From Desulfurococcales archaeon (GTDB lineage Archaea > Thermoproteota > Thermoprotei_A > Sulfolobales > AG1): a stretch of DNA of 44,271 nucleotides. The position numbers were made by a program, and so were the translations under genes. Location: assembly GCA_032249275.1 (NCBI GenBank), contig JAVVGG010000001.1:1-44271 (forward strand), given 5' to 3'. Below, piece after piece: positions 28,757 to 37,814 of the stretch (its first letter is position 1; the number at the start of each line of letters is the position of its first letter). The notes beneath the pieces are model-generated. The model saw only the letters and a program-made list of their open reading frames with translations. It was not told where the DNA came from and made no database searches.

Positions 28757-29164
28757 TCAGCTGTTTTTACATAGCTCTGTGCTATTGATGCTAGCTATCT
28801 CCCTAGCTTTTCCCCAATATGGATGTCTCTTTCCCTCTTTGCTAAGCCATTCGGCATTGATCCTTACGATACTTTCCATAATTCTGCAGAAGTCGAGATC
28901 CTCTATAACCCAGCTTGGAAGAAGATCCCAAGAGATCCTCCTTGCAGTTGATGTCATATATGGTATTCCCTCTTCTATCCTTTTGCTGATAGACAATAAA
29001 CCTCCCCTATCTATGTAATAAGATATGGTTGAGCTTGAGGCAAGCTCTACCCCATAGTCCTCTCCTGGAGGTATTAGAGAGGTTAGCATCTGAAGAGCCT
29101 TGCGGATCTCGCCTCTTTCGGCTAATCTTTTAGCCTCGATCATTATCTCATGCGGTGATGACAA
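28757..29164 (-). CDS. Hypothetical protein
   Basis: 135-aa ORF abutting the AK6 gene, with a TATA-like TTTATAAA upstream. Confidence 0.65.
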   Translation of the reverse strand: MSSPHEIMIEAKRLAERGEIRKALQMLTSLIPPGEDYGVELASSSTISYYIDRGGLLSISKRIEEGIPYMTSTARRISWDLLPSWVIEDLDFCRIMESIVRINAEWLSKEGKRHPYWGKAREIASINSTELCKNS

Positions 29165-29426
29165 AGTTAGCGACCCGGGGCTAGGAGAAGGGGTTTATAA
29201 ATAGTCTCAGGATAAAGACGCTTATTACAAAGGCAGATGATATTAGGATCACTAGTAAAGGCTTTAACTGAACAGTAGGCTCCACATCTCTATAGAATGA
29301 TACAAGCCCTGCAGCTGTAGCAGGTCCTGGACCCTCCCTTTTCTTCTTCTTAACACTCAATTACTCTCCCTATAATATCTATCATCTTCTAGACTATATA
29401 AAAACCATAGATATAGCGGAGAAGAT

Positions 29427-29990
29427 CTAAGCTTCAAGCTCTAATCTCAAACCACAACCTATCATGTTCTTCTCAAGCGCTTCTCTTTCTTCCTCTAAAT
29501 GAATCTTTCCATATATACTCTCTTCTAAGCACGCCGATATTAGCATCTTCATTCCCTTCAACAGATCATCCTCTCCTATAGTTACTCTCTCTATTAGCCA
29601 TTCTAGATCGCTTATCTCACACCCCCCACATATAGCAACCACCAGGATCTTTCCTTCTTCTCTAGCTCTAGAAAGTTCTAGAGCTTGTAAGATCTTCCTT
29701 GTACCAAGCGTTCTCAAGAGATATTCTATAGAGATTTTCTTTGCGATCATCTTGTTCCTCTGATAAGCTCTTCGAAGCCTTATGAGGGATGCAATGGCTA
29801 TTCTATCTGTTATCACAAGCCCCTTTCCATATATCTGGAAGACTGCGTTTTCACCACACCTCTCTCGGATCTTCTGTTCGATAAGACCAATAACATCTCC
29901 AGTTCCATCTTTGATTTTATAGTATTCGACTCTGCAGTTACCTATAATAGTATGTAGCTCGCCTAAGTATTCTTCGAGATCTCTATACAT
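29427..29990 (-). CDS. cgi121: KEOPS complex subunit Cgi121-like
   Basis: RAYQRNKMIAKKISIEYLLRTLGTRKI.QAL pattern in the known S17e-Ubl-Cgi121 context. ATG 29990 follows GGGGAG (alternative start 30002). Confidence 0.75.
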   Translation of the reverse strand: MYRDLEEYLGELHTIIGNCRVEYYKIKDGTGDVIGLIEQKIRERCGENAVFQIYGKGLVITDRIAIASLIRLRRAYQRNKMIAKKISIEYLLRTLGTRKILQALELSRAREEGKILVVAICGGCEISDLEWLIERVTIGEDDLLKGMKMLISACLEESIYGKIHLEEEREALEKNMIGCGLRLELEA

Positions 29991-30273
29991 CGGCTCCCCC
30001 ATGGCTTACAGGTAATATCGTTATTACATCGCTATTCCTTACAACCGTTTCTAGCCCTTCAAATACCATGTAATCGGCATCATTTATAAAGATAAGGTAG
30101 CCTGGTTTAACTCTTCCATCCTGCTCTATTGCTCTTGAGAGTGAGGATTCTCTTTTAACCAGATCCTTTAGCACTTCTCTGAGCTTTGCTTCCCCTTTCA
30201 CATCTATTTCTATCTCCTCCTTTCCAGCATATAATTTAAGGGGGCCTAGAAGCCTTATTTTCAGAGGAGCCAC
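29983..30273 (-). CDS. Ubiquitin-like Urm1/SAMP (MoaD/ThiS fold) with a C-terminal extension after GG
   Basis: PGYLIFINDAD and DVITILPVSHGG-ADV. Confidence 0.9.
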   Translation of the reverse strand: MAPLKIRLLGPLKLYAGKEEIEIDVKGEAKLREVLKDLVKRESSLSRAIEQDGRVKPGYLIFINDADYMVFEGLETVVRNSDVITILPVSHGGADV

Positions 30274-30283
30274 CTTTGCATAT

Positions 30284-30517
30284 TTATTCTGGGATCTCTT
30301 CCACAGCCTCTACCTTCTTTTCCTGCATTCTCTCCCTTATCTTTACAAGATGTGTTATGTAGCCAGCTATCTGGTTTCTTAGCTTTTTGCTCTGTGTTCT
30401 TAGAAGCGTTTTTAGGATCTCTTTGTTTTTCTGAAAATCCTTAGTAAATAGGTCTGGGTATTTCTCGAGAAGCTCCCTTGATATCCTTTTAATCGGTGTG
30501 GGCCTCACCTTACCCAC
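30284..30517 (-). CDS. rps17e: 30S ribosomal protein S17e
   Basis: MGKVRP..IKR, FTKDF..NK and SKKLRNQIAGYIT. Confidence 0.97.
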   Translation of the reverse strand: MGKVRPTPIKRISRELLEKYPDLFTKDFQKNKEILKTLLRTQSKKLRNQIAGYITHLVKIRERMQEKKVEAVEEIPE

Positions 30518-30580
30518 TTTGCCTTACCCTGTAATAAGAGGGTTGCAATGGATATATATGCTTAACTAGATCTTTTCACA

Positions 30581-30597
30581 GCTAAAAGCTTATATAG
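30581..30597 (+). promoter_or_regulatory. BRE-TATA promoter of the thermosome gene
   Basis: GCTAAAAGCTTATATAG; TTATATA starts 40 nt before the ATG. Confidence 0.6.
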
Positions 30598-30629
30598 AAC
30601 CCCTGAGACTTTATCTATGGTGTGAGGAA

Positions 30630-32291
30630 ATGGCAGCCCAGTATATAGAGCCAGCTGGAATCCCTGTTATAATTCTTAAGGAAGGTAGTACAAGAACTGT
30701 TGGAAGGGATGCTCTAAGAACTAATATGATGGCAGCGATAGCGGTTGCCGATATGCTTAGAACAGCGTATGGCCCTAGGGGCATGGATAAGATGTTAGTA
30801 GACTCCCTAGGAGATATAACTATAACTAATGATGGCGCAACCATACTTGATAAGATGGATCTCCAGCATCCAGCTGCAAAAATGCTTGTTCAGATAGCGA
30901 AGGGCCAGGATGAAGAGGTAGGTGATGGGACAAAGACTGCTGTTATATTTGCTGGAGAGCTCTTGAAGCAGGCTGAAGAGCTCCTCCTAAAAGAGATCCA
31001 CCCAACAATTATTGTCTCCGGCTATAAGAGGGCTATGGAGGCTGCTGCGGAGTATCTCAGAAGCATTTCAGAACCAATAAATATAGATGATGTTGAAACC
31101 CTCAAGAGAGTTGCGATAACAGCTCTTACTAGTAAGGCCGTGCATGGTGCTAGAGAGTATCTAGCAGAGATCTCTGTAAAGGCTGTTAAGACTATTGCAG
31201 AGAACAGGGATGGAAGATGGTATATAGATCTCGATAATGTTCAGGTTGTGAAGAAGCATGGAGCTAGCATAGCAGATTCTCAGCTGGTATATGGTGTTAT
31301 ACTCGATAAAGAGGTTGTCCATCCAGGGATGCCCAAGAGGGTTACCAATGCTAGGATAGCTCTTCTAGATGCTCCTCTAGAGATAGAGAAGCCCGAGATC
31401 ACAGCTAAGATCAGCATAACCTCTCCAGAACAGATAAAGGCATTCTTAGATGAAGAGGCAAAGATGTTGAAAGATATGGTAGATAAGATTGCTGCTGTGG
31501 GAGCTAATGTTGTGATCTGTCAGAAGGGTATTGATGATGTTGCACAGCACTTCCTTGCTAAGAAGGGTATCCTAGCTGTTAGGAGGGTTAAGAGGAGTGA
31601 TATGGAGAAGCTCGAGAGAGCAACAGGTGGGAGGATAGTTAGTAACATCGAGGATCTCACGGAGAAGGATCTAGGATACGCTGAACTCGTAGAAGAGAGA
31701 AAGGTTGGGGAGGATAAAATGGTATTCGTCGAGGGTACGAAGAATCCGAGGAGTGTGAGTATACTCTTAAGAGCCGGGCTAGAGAGACTGGTAGATGAAG
31801 CTGAAAGATCTTTAAGAGACTCTATGAGCGCCGTTGCAGATGCAATAAGAGATGGGAGAGTCGTATATGGAGGTGGAGCAACGGAGATAAAGCTTGCAAT
31901 GTATCTAAGGGATTACGCCACTAAGGTCGGCGGTAAAGAGTCTCTTGCTGTTGAAGCGTTTGCAGCAGCTGTTGATGGTCTAGTCACAACGCTTATAGAA
32001 AACGCTGGGCTAGATCCTCTAGAATATATAATGAAGCTCAGGGCTAAGCATAAGGAGACAGGCGGATGGTACGGTGTCGACGTGTTTAGAGGAGAGATAG
32101 CCGATATGAAAGCCTTAGGCGTTATCGAACCCGTGAGCGTTAAGGTTAATGCCATAAAAGCTGGTACAGAGGCAGCTGCTCTGATCCTCAGGATCGACGA
32201 TCTCATCGCAGCTGCCAGATCTAAAGGTGCTGAGGAGAAAGGTAAGAAAGAAGAGAAGAAAGAGGAGAAAGAAAAAGAAGAGGAGAAATAA
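30630..32291 (+). CDS. thsB: Thermosome (group II chaperonin), beta-type subunit
   Basis: [37 protein letters not shown] and [12 protein letters not shown]. Confidence 0.95.
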   Translation: MAAQYIEPAGIPVIILKEGSTRTVGRDALRTNMMAAIAVADMLRTAYGPRGMDKMLVDSLGDITITNDGATILDKMDLQHPAAKMLVQIAKGQDEEVGDGTKTAVIFAGELLKQAEELLLKEIHPTIIVSGYKRAMEAAAEYLRSISEPINIDDVETLKRVAITALTSKAVHGAREYLAEISVKAVKTIAENRDGRWYIDLDNVQVVKKHGASIADSQLVYGVILDKEVVHPGMPKRVTNARIALLDAPLEIEKPEITAKISITSPEQIKAFLDEEAKMLKDMVDKIAAVGANVVICQKGIDDVAQHFLAKKGILAVRRVKRSDMEKLERATGGRIVSNIEDLTEKDLGYAELVEERKVGEDKMVFVEGTKNPRSVSILLRAGLERLVDEAERSLRDSMSAVADAIRDGRVVYGGGATEIKLAMYLRDYATKVGGKESLAVEAFAAAVDGLVTTLIENAGLDPLEYIMKLRAKHKETGGWYGVDVFRGEIADMKALGVIEPVSVKVNAIKAGTEAAALILRIDDLIAAARSKGAEEKGKKEEKKEEKEKEEEK

Positions 32292-32421
32292 GGTAGAATT
32301 CACAGAAGAATCTTTTTACCTTTAAATATACTTCTTAGTTTTATCCAAATATTTCCCAACGTTATAGCTGTAGAGAGGATCTTTTTATAACTTTCTTCAA
32401 TAATCTTTCTATGGGAGCACC

Positions 32422-33201
32422 ATGTATACTTGGCTAACTAGATATTATGGTCACATAATCGAGCTCGATAGAAAGACCTGGATAAAGAAGAATCATATTG
32501 AGAGAGGCGTTGTATATAGGGTTGAGCCCATGCCACCATTTTATAAGGGAAGCAGTAATAAGATCTCGTTACCGCCTCCTAAGATGCCTAGGGGAGCTGA
32601 TGCTTCGAAAGTTCTTTTAAATAGAAGATCTATTCGGGATTTCGCTGATAAGCCGCTTGACATGGAGATACTGTCATCACTCCTCCATTTAGCTTTTGGC
32701 GTTACCAGATGGGAGAGAGGGGTCTATGGCTATAAATTATATCCTCTCAGATCATTTCCTAGTGCAGGTGCACTTTACCCCGTTGAGATATATGTGTCTG
32801 TGCATATGGTGAGAGGTATGCCCCAAGGTTTATATAGATATATATTTCTAGACCACTCACTAGATCCCCTTAGGGAAGGTTATTACGGAGAGTTGCTAGC
32901 CAAAATAGCCCTAGATCAGGAACATGTAGCATCTTCAGCTATCACAGTAATAATCACAGTTCTATGGGCTAGATCTGCATGGAAATACGGCTCCAGAGGG
33001 TATAAATATGCTTTGCTAGACGCTGGTTTTGCAGGTGAGAATCTATATATAGCATCGGGGATCCTGGGTCTTGGAACATGTGCTGTGGGGGCTTTCTATG
33101 AAGAGGAGCTGTGCGATGTGCTAGGCATAGACTGTGTTTCCGAGATCCCCGTTCTCATGATGCCCGTTGGCTATCCTTTGGAGATCCATGGGCAGAACTG
33201 A
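32422..33201 (+). CDS. SagB/ThcOx-family FMN-dependent nitroreductase-fold protein
   Basis: RRSIRDF, RSFPSAGALYPVEIY, KYGSRGY..ALLDAG and GLGTCAVGAF. Confidence 0.9.
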   Translation: MYTWLTRYYGHIIELDRKTWIKKNHIERGVVYRVEPMPPFYKGSSNKISLPPPKMPRGADASKVLLNRRSIRDFADKPLDMEILSSLLHLAFGVTRWERGVYGYKLYPLRSFPSAGALYPVEIYVSVHMVRGMPQGLYRYIFLDHSLDPLREGYYGELLAKIALDQEHVASSAITVIITVLWARSAWKYGSRGYKYALLDAGFAGENLYIASGILGLGTCAVGAFYEEELCDVLGIDCVSEIPVLMMPVGYPLEIHGQN

Positions 33202-33256
33202 TCACTAATATCTTAGCTTTTTTCTTTGCTTTTCTAATTATATCGTGGAGTTTGCA

Positions 33257-34069
33257 ATGCTCCTACCGGGATATAGAGCGGATATAGGGATTATAGGGGG
33301 TTCAGGCCTCTATGATCCAGGAATGTTAAGTGATATAAAGGAGGTCAAGATACATACACCATATGGAGAGCCTAGTGATTATATAGTGATAGGTAGATAC
33401 GGGGGTAAAACCGTAGCGTTTCTCCCGAGACATGGCAGGGGTCATAGGATCCCTCCTCATAGGATAAATTACCGTGCAAATATATGGGCTCTCAAAAGCC
33501 TAGGGGTTAGATACATAATAGCTGTGAGCGCCGTTGGGAGTTTAAGGGAGGATTATAGGCCAGGAGATCTAGTAGTTCCAGATCAGTTCATAGATATGAC
33601 TAAATCTAGAGAGTATACATTCTTCGAGGGCCCCCAGGTAGCCCACGTATCAATGGCAGAGCCTTTCTGCGAGTTTCTCAGAGACAAGATTATAAAGATT
33701 GGGAGGGAGCTCGGCTTCAGAATTCATGAAAAGGGAACCTATATATGTATTGAGGGCCCTAGATTCAGTACAAAAGCAGAGTCACGGGTCTGGAGAGAAG
33801 TCTATAAAGCGGATATAATAGGAATGACCCTAGTGCCAGAGGTTAACCTAGCTTGTGAAGCCCAAATATGCTACTCTACACTCGCTATGGTAACTGACTA
33901 TGATGTCTGGGCTGAGAAGCCTGTTACAGCTGAGGAGGTGGCCAGGGTTATGGCTAGCAATGTTGACAAAGCAAAGAAGATCCTCTCGAGATTAATCCCA
34001 GAGCTTCCACAAGAACCCCCAGTTGAAAGATGCAGCTGCTGCGAATCATTAAAAGCAGCGCTTGTATAG
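33257..34069 (+). CDS. mtnP: 5'-methylthioadenosine phosphorylase
   Basis: [39 protein letters not shown] and a C-terminal CSCC. Alternative start GTG 33245. Confidence 0.95.
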   Translation: MLLPGYRADIGIIGGSGLYDPGMLSDIKEVKIHTPYGEPSDYIVIGRYGGKTVAFLPRHGRGHRIPPHRINYRANIWALKSLGVRYIIAVSAVGSLREDYRPGDLVVPDQFIDMTKSREYTFFEGPQVAHVSMAEPFCEFLRDKIIKIGRELGFRIHEKGTYICIEGPRFSTKAESRVWREVYKADIIGMTLVPEVNLACEAQICYSTLAMVTDYDVWAEKPVTAEEVARVMASNVDKAKKILSRLIPELPQEPPVERCSCCESLKAALV

Positions 34070-34102
34070 ATTGCCCAAACACCGTATTTTATGTGAGACA
34101 CA

Positions 34103-35002
34103 ATGATGGAGGAGATCGAGTCTGCTGTAAATAAAGCCGTAGAGTTTGCGAGTAACATATATAGAGAGATCGAAAAGGGTATAAGGGATAGAGGTAGGGT
34201 TACCCTTCTCACAACAGGCTGGCTCAAAAGCCCTGGATGCTCTGCTATACACTCAATATCCTCGGTTTTAAGTGGTGTTGAGGCATATCATATAGATCTA
34301 GGGTTCTTCGCGCGATATATAGCTCCCTATAGGTCTTCCATAGATTCTGATGAGGAGAGGACATGGCTGGTCATATATGGAAATCCCAAGGATCCTTGGA
34401 GCTCCATAGCAGATCGTCTGGCTAAAAGTCTCTCAACCATGGGATATGCCGGGATCATGCTAAGGGCAAGCGTAAATAAACAGCAAATAAGCCTCGATGA
34501 AATAAGGGTTATTGATATACCTAACAACATAGATCCTATATTAGTATATCTTATATCAACTACAAAGGCTATACTCGAGATAGCTAGTAGGGAGAACCCT
34601 TCTCCACGGGTCGCCAGGCTCGCCACGGAAATAACAGATCTAGCTCCTGTTATACCAGGTATTTTTCAGCGATATGAGGCAAGACTCAAAGATCTAGCGG
34701 ATAAGATCTCCGCACAAGACCTTACTCTGATAACCACATGCACCTCCAGAGCCTTTGCAGAGGGGCTAATCCTAGATAGCCACAGCTATATAGATTTGCT
34801 AGAGATAACAGATCTACATAGCATAGATTTGCTAGAGAAAACAATAGCTATATTATATGTAGAAGCTGAAAAAGATCTTGTACCACAGATCACAGTTTTA
34901 AAAAGAGCCATAGACATTATGCTCAAAACAGACCCAATATCATCGCCTATTTATTATAGAATATTATCTATGATTTTATCAAAGATGCTTAAGAGAAGAT
35001 AA
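34103..35002 (+). CDS. Hypothetical protein (possibly a degenerate SIS-domain fold)
   Basis: 299-aa ORF with an alpha/beta pattern, co-oriented with mtnP. Confidence 0.7.
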   Translation: MMEEIESAVNKAVEFASNIYREIEKGIRDRGRVTLLTTGWLKSPGCSAIHSISSVLSGVEAYHIDLGFFARYIAPYRSSIDSDEERTWLVIYGNPKDPWSSIADRLAKSLSTMGYAGIMLRASVNKQQISLDEIRVIDIPNNIDPILVYLISTTKAILEIASRENPSPRVARLATEITDLAPVIPGIFQRYEARLKDLADKISAQDLTLITTCTSRAFAEGLILDSHSYIDLLEITDLHSIDLLEKTIAILYVEAEKDLVPQITVLKRAIDIMLKTDPISSPIYYRILSMILSKMLKRR

Positions 35003-35053
35003 ACTAGAAAACTATAAATCTGGCACAGAAGTAGTTCAAATAGGAAAAAGAAG

Positions 35054-35070
35054 GCTAAAGCTTATATAAG
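35054..35070 (+). promoter_or_regulatory. BRE-TATA promoter of the poly-Glu ORF
   Basis: GCTAAAGCTTATATAAG, nearly identical to the thermosome promoter; TTATATA starts 41 nt before ATG 35103. Confidence 0.65.
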
Positions 35071-35102
35071 CTCGTCTTGAGGAAATAAGATGGGTCCTCT
35101 AA

Positions 35103-35255
35103 ATGAAGAGGTTCGAAGAAGAGGAGTGGGAGGAAGAAGAGGAGGAAGAGCTAGAGGAAGAAGAAGAATGGGAAGAAGAGGAGCTAGAGGAAGAAGAGGA
35201 GTGGGAGGAAGAAGAGTTCGAAGAGGAGGAGGAAGAAGAGGAGGAAGAGTGGTAA
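35103..35255 (+). CDS. Small hyper-acidic protein (50 aa, 39 Glu), not in the ORF track
   Basis: MKRFEEEEWEEEEEEELEEEEEWEEEELEEEEEWEEEEFEEEEEEEEEEW*. The GAA/GAG variation falls at synonymous third positions in this frame. Confidence 0.75.
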   Translation: MKRFEEEEWEEEEEEELEEEEEWEEEELEEEEEWEEEEFEEEEEEEEEEW

Positions 35256-35377
35256 ATATTCCAGTAGACTAATTTATTTATCGTAATAAGAGAAAGTTTT
35301 TATAGTAACAAGTTCAAGTTACTTACAATATATTAATTATATATATTAATTTACCAATAATGCAACATTGTGTCCAA

Positions 35378-35630
35378 GAGTCTCACCCTTTAAAGTTGGA
35401 ATAGGATTTGTAGGTTCTTATGAATTAAATATCGAATATACTCAGAAGCCCCATATCTTAGAATCCTACCTATTTCCACTAACCTCTTTCCCGCTTTGAA
35501 GGTGAGACTTTAAGTTGTAACACACCTAAGGTTGGATAGGGAGTCGAGCTGGGTAAAGGTCTGTGATGTATCCATAATCTTCTTATCCTAAAGAGCTGGA
35601 GCTTCCCCTTAGAGTGAGGGAGGGTAGGTG
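35378..35630. mobile_element. IS200/IS605-type end debris / MITE-like element
   Basis: A left-end copy at 35485-35520 ending in GTAA, an inward-facing similar copy at 35378-35406, and 35591-35628 homologous (inverted) to 3235-3270. Confidence 0.55.
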
Positions 35631-35807
35631 TGATACGATTATTGAGGTGCATATTTGGATAGATTTATTTGTGAATGATCTCTTGTTGAGGGATATTGTC
35701 CTAACATCTGATACTGCTAATATCCTTCTTTACGCATTAGCTAAACTTATCTAAAGAGATAGTTTAGAGATGCATAGATTTATTTCTGCTTACCCACACA
35801 CATTTAG

Positions 35808-37061
35808 GTGGCGGGAGTGGATAGTGATCGCTCTGTAGCCGGTGAAAATAGGTTTTATATAGTGGAGCACTTCTTAGGGGTTTTCATGTTAAATAGTGCT
35901 GGTGAGGTGGTTTTCTATGAGCTGAGACCCAAGGATCTCTCATCATTGGTGGAGTCTCTCTGGATTAGAAATGAGGGTAAGCTTGATGATGTATATGCTA
36001 GGTTTGTTGAAAGGCTTAAATCCTCTGAGGAGTATAGAAAAACTCTTATCGTGGTTGAGGAACCTGAAGTTGCTCGAGCACTTATTGCTGAAGGGTTTAA
36101 CGTATCTATAGATCCTTACAGCGCTGTTTTCGCCCTTTTCAGAGAGAGAATTTTAGATTTCTATGTTAGAATTGGTGTATTTAAAGATGTCGATGAAGCT
36201 AGGAAATATATTCGGGATGTCTCCTTAGAACTCTCTAGAAGGGGACTTAGGAGGGTAGCAACTAAAAGAGATCTGCTGGCAATTCAGAGTATAAGGGCTA
36301 TAGACGATATAGACAAGACTATTAATCTATTCGCAGCAAGGCTTAGAGAGTGGTATAGCATTCACTTCCCCGAGCTAGATCAGATTGTGGGGGATCACAT
36401 ACTCTATGCTAAGATCGTGAACAGCATAGGCGATAGATCTTTAATGGATGAGGATAGCCTAAGGAGAATAGGGGTTGGTGAATCCCTGGCTAAGAGGATA
36501 GCTAGCATGTCTAGGAAAAGCATAGGCGCAGATCTATCGGAGTTCGATCTTAAACCAATACAAACATTGGCGAGGATAATGATAGAGCTAAGCGAGCTGA
36601 GATCCTATTTAACGGATTATAACACGCTCGTCATGAAGGAGGTAGCTCCCAATGTTACAGAGCTCGTAGGCCCCCTCCTAGGGGCAAGGCTTTTAAGCCT
36701 AGCGGGTAGTTTAGAGGAGTTTGCTAAGATGCCGGCAAGCACGATCCAGGTGCTAGGGGCTGAAAAAGCCCTTTTCAGAGCGCTTAGGACAGGTGGAAAG
36801 CCTCCTAAGCATGGCGTTATCTTCCAATTTCCGGAGATCCATAGAGCTCCTAGATGGCAGAGAGGTAAGATAGCAAGGGCTCTAGCAACCAAGTTGGCCA
36901 TTGCCGCTAGGGTTGACTTCTTCACAGGCAGATTTATAGGGGATAAGCTGAAGAAGATGTTGATAGAGAGAATAGACGAGATCAAAAAGCTATATCAAAA
37001 GCCCCCGCCTAGAGAGGAAAGAATCCAAAGGGGCGAAAAGAGGCAAAGGAGGAAAAAATAG
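35808..37061 (+). CDS. nop5: C/D box sRNP protein Nop5 (Nop56/58)
   Basis: RLREWYSIHFPEL, APNVTELVG, MPASTIQVLGAEKALF, PPKHGVIFQ and RGKIARALA. Confidence 0.97.
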   Translation: MAGVDSDRSVAGENRFYIVEHFLGVFMLNSAGEVVFYELRPKDLSSLVESLWIRNEGKLDDVYARFVERLKSSEEYRKTLIVVEEPEVARALIAEGFNVSIDPYSAVFALFRERILDFYVRIGVFKDVDEARKYIRDVSLELSRRGLRRVATKRDLLAIQSIRAIDDIDKTINLFAARLREWYSIHFPELDQIVGDHILYAKIVNSIGDRSLMDEDSLRRIGVGESLAKRIASMSRKSIGADLSEFDLKPIQTLARIMIELSELRSYLTDYNTLVMKEVAPNVTELVGPLLGARLLSLAGSLEEFAKMPASTIQVLGAEKALFRALRTGGKPPKHGVIFQFPEIHRAPRWQRGKIARALATKLAIAARVDFFTGRFIGDKLKKMLIERIDEIKKLYQKPPPREERIQRGEKRQRRKK

Positions 37062-37095
37062 GCGCGTCGGAAGAAAAATAATGGGGTGAGATATC

Positions 37096-37803
37096 TTGTC
37101 GGAGCCTGTGAAGATCTATGAGCATTCTAACTATAAGGGGGTATATGTGGTGGAATTTGAAGATGGCTCTGCAAGGCTTGCAACGAAAAACCTGGTTCCC
37201 GGTAAAAGGGTATATGGGGAGAGACTATTTAGATATGGCGATAGCGAGTATAGAGAGTGGAATGCATATAGGAGCAAGCTTGCAGGAGCTCTTCTAAAGG
37301 GCTTAAAGGAGCTCCCTATATCCTTTGGATCCCGTGTTTTATATCTAGGCGCGGGATCAGGAACAACTCCCAGCCATGTCTCAGATATAGTTGGTAGAGA
37401 AGGTGTTGTATATGCTGTGGAGTTTGCGCCAAGGGTTATGAGGGAATTCCTTGTTGTTGCCGAGGATAGAAAGAATATAGTGCCTATACTAGCTGATGCT
37501 AGAATCCCCACAAGATATAGATATATTGTAGAAACTGTTGATGTTCTATATGCAGACATAGCACAGCCTGATCAGGCAGCAATAGTATCAGATAACGCTA
37601 GATTTTTCCTGAAAGATGGAGGGCATCTTTTAATGGCTGTGAAGGCTAGGAGTATAGATGTTACTATGGAGCCTAGCGAAGTGTATAAGAGGGAGATAGA
37701 TGTTCTTAAGAACAGCGGCTTCGAGATTCTAGATGTTGTCCATCTAGAACCATTTGACAAGGATCATGCCATGGTATATGCTGTATGGAGGAGAAAAGCC
37801 TAG
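37096..37803 (+). CDS. flpA: Fibrillarin rRNA/tRNA 2'-O-methyltransferase
   Basis: EYREWNAYRSKLAG, VLYLGAGSGTTPSHVSD, DIAQPDQ and KARSIDVT; SD GGGGTGA upstream. Confidence 0.97.
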   Translation: MSEPVKIYEHSNYKGVYVVEFEDGSARLATKNLVPGKRVYGERLFRYGDSEYREWNAYRSKLAGALLKGLKELPISFGSRVLYLGAGSGTTPSHVSDIVGREGVVYAVEFAPRVMREFLVVAEDRKNIVPILADARIPTRYRYIVETVDVLYADIAQPDQAAIVSDNARFFLKDGGHLLMAVKARSIDVTMEPSEVYKREIDVLKNSGFEILDVVHLEPFDKDHAMVYAVWRRKA

Positions 37804-37814
37804 CGGGTCTTCAA

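Noticed and set aside
32422-33201. RiPP (azole peptide) biosynthetic cluster
   Set aside because: No YcaO cyclodehydratase or precursor peptide nearby; stand-alone SagB-like genes are common in archaea.
35103-35255. GA-rich tract as a CRISPR array or microsatellite
   Set aside because: There is no repeat-spacer structure and the variation follows Glu codon wobble. No CRISPR array or cas gene was seen anywhere in the window.
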